64,000 bases of DNA from Kudoa neothunni. Lineage: Eukaryota; Animalia; Cnidaria. Below, piece after piece: positions 55,817 through 64,000 of the stretch (positions are counted from its first letter, which is position 1; each line of letters opens with the position of its first letter). A model generated the notes under the pieces. That model was not told the DNA's origin. It saw only the letters and a list, made by a program, of their open reading frames with translations, and searched no databases. The DNA lies in NCBI GenBank assembly GCA_964304625.1, contig OZ199840.1, positions 383,912 through 447,911 on the forward strand, written 5' to 3'. The translations under genes and the position numbers were made by a program.

Positions 55817-56530
55817 CAGTGTTTCCCTACAGATTGTAACCCAACCTTTTAGGGGTGCGAAGAACCATCATTGGGGGTGCCGGAGTCATTCAACAATAAA
55901 TTTAAAAATTAATCTTAGTTTATTCACTTCGTAAGTTTCGTTAGCCCCCGTTTAAATCATGTAAGGACGTAATGCGTACAATAATATTTCTGGTTGTTTT
56001 GATATCAATCAGTTTCTATTCAAAAATGGAATTTGATAATTTATTTAATTTATAATTTATTCTGCTTGATTCTACGAAGGATAACATTAAGGTAATAATT
56101 TATATCAAGCTTGTTCAGCTTACAAAATCTAACTATCGCTATTTCCATGTAAAATCGTAACTTCGCTATCTTTCAAAAAGCATATTTATATGCTTAAGCT
56201 GTAATTAGGTTTTCAGTATTTTTATCTATTTAGTAATAATCTATATCCATAAAAATAAAACCACGATGTAATTTTAACCTAGTCTTCTGTCTAAATTTGC
56301 GATCCATCATATAAATGTATAGTTTTTATTATATTACGTTTCAAGTTTTACTTTTGAATTCGTACCTGCCCCTAATATAAATCTAAATTAAATTGTTCTT
56401 TAAAGTATAAGTAAAATAAGGATCAAAGCATTTTTATTAACATAAAGAAATGAATGCCAACTTTAACAATATATATTAGTTATTTTATTCAAGTATATTT
56501 ATAAGATATATTTTTTGAATCAATTGAATT
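55817..56530. mobile_element. Truncated copy of the 40768-42237 hAT-like element
   Basis: Starts CAGTGTTTCCC, collinear with 40768-41430, ends at the MULE left TIR. Confidence 0.75.
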
Positions 56531-56537
56531 ATTATTA

Positions 56538-59500
56538 GGCTGTGTCTATTTTGCCGGACGCGCTTTTTCTCTTAAAATAATAATTCAATTGCTACAATTT
56601 TTTCCTAAAAATATCCTTTATAAATGCAGAATATAAATTTAGTTTCATTAATTCAGTGACGAATTTTTATATAGCTAATTTGTATCCATAATATCCAAAT
56701 GAAAATACAGTAAAGTAAAACTATTTGGCCAATTCGTATTTAAAATTTTTATAATTAGGTAAATGTTTTTATCAGATGATTGATACACCACTAAAATTTA
56801 ATAAAATGTTGAGTATTCTACTTTAAATAATAAATGTTTGAAATTATCTTGTATTGCAACGCCAAATAATTGTGACTGTTTAACTTCAACATAAAATTAT
56901 ATTTGAATATAATATATCGATATTGGTGTTGTTATTATTACTACTATCATCATTACCATAATCATAATTTTCTTTTTTTTCTTAAACCAATAACTGTTTG
57001 AAATACACCTTTTGGTCTACCTCTCAATTTCACTACTGTTGGCAGCTTAATTCCTATAATTTTATGAATTTAGCAAAATGGACAAAAGATACACACCCTT
57101 CAAAGATGGATTTTTAGTTGTGGTATCATCTACAATATTCGGGATCTCCATATCAATTATTGATGATGGAACATTATCATTAACTGCTTCTAGTATATCC
57201 TCATTCTCTAATCGTGATTCCTCAGTAACTAAACACGAAATAAAAATTCTACTAAAGACAATATCATTAATTACATGTTGGGATTGAAATCTCTTGATTG
57301 TTTATGATGACAGATTCAGACATTAACTTGAACTAAATTAAGTTGATATATGAATAGTGGAAAAAATAGTCACCTTATCCAGAGAATCCCCATTGGAAAT
57401 AAGAGAGATTAATTCACCTAAAATCTTTTTTAATGAATCATATTGACTCCCTGTTTTTTCAGACCCTAGCGAAGCTATTATCTTACAAAGAATTTCTAGC
57501 TCCCTGTATCGCTTTAAAGCAGAATTCGGAACAGGGCACTGACTCGAAATTTCTGTAATACTTGGTTGTACACAACACGAAGGATTTTGAAGATATAAAT
57601 TTTTGGTCATCTGAATAAATGACAGGTAATATTCTTTGTGCCACCTCTTATTACAAATTTTCTCTTCATATAAATTCATGTTCATTATTTTTCTAGCGTA
57701 AATAATATGCCTACATGGTAACTCCATACTTACGTAGAAACAACATGTACAACTACTGGGATCAGGATTAGCATAGGATTTGATATGATTATTTACTTCA
57801 TCTTACATAATATTATATGCATATGAAGTTATCAATGTTTTATATCGTTCGTTAATGTCTGAATTTAATTTCTCAACTGTTTGGGTTGACCACTCTCTAA
57901 CTGCTTTATTCTCACGCTCAGTCCTCATACTTGATAAATAAATAAGCAGATCGCTGAAAAAGACTTCAATTGTTGAGAATTCTTCTATGATTTGTTTAAT
58001 TTTGGAATTTATGCATTCTAATCGATTATTTGTTCAATTTAAAAAAGTGCCCTTTAGGTTCATGTATGCCGGGCATCATTCATATTTGATTGGATCCCAA
58101 GATTTATTATAATAACTAATGATTTTTTTGTTACATGTCTTATTTAATAATTCATGGTAATTTTCATAACGTTTTGTATCATCGGTATAACAAAGCTTTT
58201 GAATCAACTCTAAGGCAGTTTTTCTTTCAGCATTGTTTATTCCCATTCCTAAAGTAGAGATTTCTCTCCCAAATGTTCTTAAGACATGGTACAGACATAA
58301 GTTTGTACTTACGTTAGGAAATACAGACCTTATAGGGTTTCTTTCAATCATGTCTTTATCGGTAATGAAACAAATTGTTTTGGATGAAATTTCCTCGTTA
58401 TGTTTAAGTAGAGATTGACATAACCAGGTAACAGTCACGGCACTCTCCTCAGATAAAAGAGCAATAGCTCCTATTTGACTTTGCCCAATGGAATCGATAA
58501 ACAGATATATATAAAATGGCATACGATTATTGATTAATTTATAAGTGGCATATATAAATACTAGTTCGGGAAATTTTTTTAATAACGTTTTTCATATAAA
58601 GGTCTTGGAAAAATATTCCAGTCATTTCATTGGAGTTATTCTGCAATATTTCGATAGTTGCATTTGGGTGAGAATTTGTTATTGAATTAAACAATTCCGA
58701 AATATCCGACGAAACACTTTTTTTAGTGTTTGGATATAATTATGGATTTGCTTCAACGAAACCTTTTTTTGTGATTGGTTCATGATTTCTACTTGTACTC
58801 TTTTTAAATTTCCATTATAAAAATGAACATTTTTTATAAGATACTTGTTTCCTTCATCTAATTTTCTATTCATTGGTAAAAAATCCCTAAAATGCTCATT
58901 TCTGTTGCAGCTATGAGTATGATCCAATTTTCTAATAACTAACATGTTCATGTTTTTAGGAACTCGCAGTGTAATGAAGAAATTGCAACCACTTTTATGA
59001 CTGTTGATTTTTCTCTTCCTGGCACTTTTAGATTGTATCTAAATTCAAATTAATTGCTTCAACTTAGCTATAGATAATTACATTTTTACCACCATGAACA
59101 CGACAAAAAATGGCTTCATAATAAACAAGATCAGAGTTCATGTCTCTATCAAATTTTTTTAGAGAAGTTGAGATTTTTCTAGAGTCTTGGATCCAGTAAC
59201 AAAAGTTGCTCGGCTTTGAGTACTTACCCATGAATTCTTTAGCCTTTTCAAAGTTTGTAAATGCATTTCTGACTTTAGGTTCGGATAAAATATCCTGAAT
59301 TAATAGTGTTTGATCAGACTCTCCTTCCATAGTGATTCTATTCGCGACTATCAATATTACAACCGCACGCTAGAGGATATTTTACTCGTTTATGATGCTG
59401 TAACACATAAAATTAGATTCATTATGTAAATAATACAGATTTTTAAAAATTTTAATGTCATTTATAATGATACTTATAAATGTGTTTAAAATATCCTCGA

Positions 59501-59646
59501 TGTATTTTTATGCCTAATTATTAATTAAAAGATAAATGAAACTAAACTTATATTCTGCATTTATAATAGATATTTTTTAGAAAAAATTATAGCGATTAAA
59601 TTTTTATTTGAAGAGAAAAAGAGCGTCCGGCAAAATAGACATTGCC
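56538..59646 (-). mobile_element. MULE transposon with ~110 bp TIRs and decayed SWIM-domain transposase
   Basis: TIRs GGCTGTGTCTATTTTGCCGGACG... / ...CGTCCGGCAAAATAGACATTGCC. Motifs LDHTHSC, FITDKD, LCLYHV, TNNRLE, CCFYVSMELPCRHI, RGRPKG. Stops and frameshifts; no clean TSD. Confidence 0.88.
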
Positions 59647-59649
59647 TAA

Positions 59650-59850
59650 TAGAAAAGATGGATTACAGTTGTATTAGGTAATTCGTGAATAATTTTATTC
59701 ATTATCTAGTTCTTAATCGGTTCGCACTATTATTATCAATGAATCGTGTATATCTTTCGTTGTTAAAAACAATAATAAAATTGAAAAATATCCAGTAATA
59801 GCTTAGACATAAGTAAATCTCCATTATACATCAAAATAATTTTATTTATT
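59650..59850 (-). repeat. Orphan copy of the upstream region of the 24094 Kunitz gene
   Basis: Collinear with 24123-24320 (AAAAGATG.ATTACAGTT.TATTAGGTAATTCGTGAATAA...), but no coding exon follows. Confidence 0.75.
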
Positions 59851-60749
59851 ACTAGCGGGAACTGCCCAGATTTGCTTGGGAATTATAAGCACTGAACAAT
59901 TTCTAAATAACATTCAGAATGGATATTAATATTTAAAAGGAAGTGGCTATTGTCATGGACCATAATATCTCGGTAGATATAGTTTTGACTGAAATTAATT
60001 ATTTTTCATATGTAATCATGTATGACAGCCTGACAAAAAATTAAATTAAATTATTACGAAAAAAAACGCAGGAATTTAATGATTCGTGAAAAATTTTTTT
60101 TAAATTGTTTCTAATGTTACAAGTTTTTTATGTTTCAATATTATCAGTAAGCTGAAAGTAATCTGGTTTGTATGTTGGCAACGCTGTACGAATTAGTTCC
60201 CTCAGGTGTATATTTGTAAGTGGGGAGAGTTCTGCGATGCGTCGATTTTATAAACATCATCGTTGATTAAATAGACACATAACAATAAGTTGTTCCAAAG
60301 GTAGAAAAAATTTGGAGGCATAATTCTTTTAGTCTTAAATATTTATTTTCTGGAACTTATTTCAAAAATTTGTTTGGTGAGTTGGATTTATGAATTATCT
60401 TTAAATCTTTAATGCTTGTATTTTTTTCGATATCTCTCTCTCTTTTTGGTAATAGATAAACATTAGTTCTAACTGAATTTCCTAATGAAACTCGTAATAA
60501 TTTTAGTTTGCAGCAAATATTAAACTTATATGATAGTTTGTAACTATGTTTTATAATCAAAAATATTATCTAGTTTACGATTGAGGAGTTCATTTCTTCA
60601 GTTGCTTAAATAGTTCAAACTTTTTATTTCTCCGAATTAACGCGTTGGTTACATTAAAAAAATGCAACTCAAAAAGAAATTTTTCCGAGAGCCACACCAT
60701 AACGTTCAAAGAGTCACAGGTGGCACGCGAGTCATGGTTTGGCCACCCT

Positions 60750-61663
60750 GGTATATTAGAATCATCATGTGGACATGTACCATCTGGTATGTTGGTAGAT
60801 TAGCACATGATATTAACGAATCATTATCTGGGTCGTGCAATTATTATTGTTGTTTTTGTTGCTTTGTGGTGTCTCTCTCTTGCGTTCATAATACCAACTT
60901 TTTCATTAAAAATTTGGAAACTTAATTTTTGGATATTGTAGGGAGAAGGTAAATTGTTTTTCGAATTAGGACATTTGATTTAATCAATTCAGTGGCCAAC
61001 TCTCGAAGGGAGTACTGGCGGCGGCTGTGATCTGTTCTTCTCCACTCCGTGAATCTTGTTGTGTATATGATATACGCATTCAATGCAATTATATCAACCA
61101 ACTCAAGGAAATAACGGAGGGACCATCTCCTAGTTGCCTTAGCACACGAATACAATCTGGTCATACGGTCACCGCTGTCCACGCCCGTTTTTGTTTGGTT
61201 ATAGTGCATAGTTATTTGGGGTCTTTTTCTGTCATCTAGTTAAATTTCAGAGTCATGGTGTTCCGTAAATAATAGTATCACGTTGTAATTTTTTGGGGGG
61301 ACGTATGAAACAAGATTTAGATCGCCAGAGTGACAAAAACCGAATATAATTCTTGGCGACTATTTACATCCTGGATTTTGGATGGAATATATGTATTATT
61401 CGGTCTCATTGTACCAGTTAAGATGATGTTGCTGTCCAAGAGAAAAAGCGCAAGTGGGGCAGAAATGAAAAAATTGACTGTAGTGAGTCCTCTACAAATG
61501 TCATAATATGGTTCTATTAAATCTTTTACGACTCGTTCACGTTGTTTAACCTCTCTTGCTCCACCAACTTTTCCCAAATATGGTTGAATATTTAGGAGAT
61601 ATGAAGTTTTCACATCAGTGGCCACTCATACCTTCATACCATATCGTTATGGTTTATCTTTCG

Positions 61664-61694
<31 letters not shown>

Positions 61695-62795
61695 GTATAT
61701 ATATATGTATAAATGAAAGGGACGGTTACCTTTAAATCCAACCATTCTTTCGTCAACAGTGATATACTTACCTGGAGAGTAGTTTTTGCGAAAGGATAAA
61801 TTCACAATGTTGAAGATCTCTCGAATGGCCTTTAGTTTGTCCCCAGATGTACTGATTATCTCAAGGCAAGTTGTCTTATCATCAAACCGTAATGTGCGGT
61901 AAATCAAGTTAAACCAATCTCTTGAGAGAGACGCTAAAAAAACATTTCTTAAATAATGTGTTGGTATCCCAAATCTATTTAAGAGATAACTTTGCCCCAT
62001 TACATCGGACGGACGCAATCAAAATGCCTAAATAGGCTTTTAATGCGTCCATTGTGATCATCTTCTCATCCATATATTTATTATTACACAAGCAATATTT
62101 ATTCGTGTGATACAAAACTTTTTTATGCACCACGTCTGAGAGGAACAATGAGAATGAGAGCCAGGTTTAGCATTAACCATATTGTAAGACCTTGTGTTTG
62201 TCTGCATTCTGTTTGTAAAATCACATTCAAAATTAAATTTTGAGATAGATATTTCATTAGACACTTCAAAATCGTTAAAAGAATCCGAGGATTGAGTAAT
62301 ATCTTTCTGGGCAAAAGAATCCGATAATTGTCCTTCAAACTCCAAATCACCGTATTTCATCATCTAGTTTATTATCATTTATTTAGTCTTCTGAATTTCC
62401 GAAGTACATTATCTGATAAATTAAATTTAACTAAAATGGTGAATAAGTTTTAATACTTTTCAGCAAACGACACGTGTAACAAAAATTCAGAAATCATTAA
62501 TCTCTTGATAATATCCAAACGAGAATCAAGGTTTATTGAGGCTTAACACTGCATAACTTAGTTATTGCCATTTATTGATTACTTATTAAACTTTATTAAC
62601 ATTCGTTTCTATAAAATTAAAAAATAAGACTTATTTTAACTTTTTGTCGAAATTTTTTTATTCTTTGCAAAAGAACCGTAATATTTGAATGAAGAATACA
62701 CAAAGTATGAATTTAATACAAAATCAGCTTATATGAAAAAAAAGAAAAATGCATAAAATGGAACCCCACAGACCCCGCATCGTCCCGATAGGATT
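60750..62795 (-). mobile_element. piggyBac element, decayed; duplicate of 52077-53748
   Basis: LRFDD, ITVDERMVGFKG, NFFIS, GTMRPN, YNQTKTGVDSGD, RRW. Stops and an intragenic (TA)n expansion. Same terminal flank as 53748. Confidence 0.88.
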
Positions 62796-63069
62796 AATAG
62801 GGTAAAAATCTATTTTAATTAGTCAAAAAATAGACAAATATTATTCAATGGTGAAATTTACCCCACTCGATTTTATAAATAATTTTACCGGCTATAGTTT
62901 TTAATATATTTAAACGCTCATAAAAAAAAATTATCAAAATAAAATCCATAAAGATTTCAAAAATAATATAGGTTAATTTAAGTCATTTATAAAATCACTA
63001 AAATTGATTATATTTCAAATTAATCAGTAAACATTGTTAGATAGATCGAACTAATCCAGATGGTCAAGA

Positions 63070-64000
63070 TTAGCTAACAATTTCGCCTTCCTCTGCTTCA
63101 GCTTCTGGCTCAACCGTATCTGCTTGACCATCCCCTGCCTCTACAGGATCGGCCGCCCCGGTCTCATTTTCATCAGATTCTGTCGAAGAAATGGTTGGTG
63201 CAGGTTCTTCGTTACTTCCAGAAGCTGTAGTAGTAGTAGTCTCGGTTGTAGTTGCTGGGGTAGTTGTTGGTTCGGGTAAAATAACTGCATTAACACCTTC
63301 AATGCAAATGTAATTGCAAAGGGCTTCACTTTCAAAGTTGTTCGCATTTCCACCAATTCCAGTATACGCAAATTTTTTACACACTTTTTCTGCCTCATCA
63401 TAATACCATCTTGGCAATGTGCTTGCTTCATTTCCGTTACCAGGTTCTTTTGATTCGCTGCATACAGTAGGCATATCCGGCAAGGTACCAACTGTATCAT
63501 TATCGTTAACTTTAAACATTAAATTATATAATTATAAACAATAAAAGAAATATACGAGCAGGGCAGGCACTAATACATTCTCCTGCTGTATCGAAATAAT
63601 TTTTGTTCGAATCTACTTCAATATCAACAGCCAACATTTGCATGCAGAATTTATTTGTGGAATTGAAGTAATATTTGGTTGTTATATGTCCGTCAGTTGT
63701 TGGTTGGTATGCAGCAGATTCGCATCTTTTGGTTGCTGCTTCATCAGCTATGTTTATCTATTTAGTTTCTTTAATTTATTTTGTTTTTACTACCGTGACA
63801 CATCTTTTGACATTGGGAAAATGAATCAAAAACACCACGTAATCCTGTTTGTTTGTCTACGATAGCATGGACACATGTGGACTTTTCATTGTCGCGTACG
63901 ATCTTGATTTCTCTTTCAGCATCAATTGCAGTGGAGCTTAAAATGGCACCCACTTCGCAGTCAACTTTGTTGGGAATTTTGTAAGCTATGTCAGTTGCTA
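63070..64000 (-). CDS. Five-Kunitz-family gene, 3' part (domains 3-5 and tail); 5' exons lie beyond the window
   Basis: IPNKVDCEVGAIL..RGVFDSFSQCQKMC; domain 4 exon; VCSESKEPGNGNEASTLPRWYY..FAYTGIGGNANNFESEALCNYIC; tail ..EAEEGEIVS-stop. Confidence 0.88.

Noticed and set aside
1-64000. CRISPR arrays, rRNA, tRNA, prokaryotic operons, alternative genetic code
   Set aside because: None seen. The DNA is intron-containing eukaryotic sequence, intact genes translate with the standard code, and in-frame stops are confined to TEs and the pseudogene.

Overview
This is AT-rich eukaryotic (animal-like) nuclear DNA with very short GT-AG introns (mostly ~40-65 nt), so the ORF track shows only exon fragments. 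Host genes reconstructed by hand: (i) a multi-exon type I membrane protein with ~7-8 cysteine-containing FN3-like repeats (1028-4176, +); (ii) a WDR6/Trm734 orthologue (17727-22296, -); (iii) a cluster of six secreted five-Kunitz-domain genes. The cluster has five closely related minus-strand copies (one pseudogene, one cut by the window end) and one divergent plus-strand paralogue; complete intact copies share a degenerate 2-6-4-4-4 cysteine pattern. Intergenic space is filled with decayed DNA transposons (piggyBac, hAT, Merlin, MULE, pogo-like) and MITEs, several with TIRs and TSDs; I recognised no retroelement ORFs. The oddest signal is one-directional +1 frameshifting in the first ~22 kb: about 20 sites in the FN3 gene and 4 in WDR6, with no premature stops needed. 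Dead transposons in the same interval show the same homopolymer +1 bias and intact genes beyond 26 kb show none, so long-read insertion error is more likely than recoding, but it needs checking.
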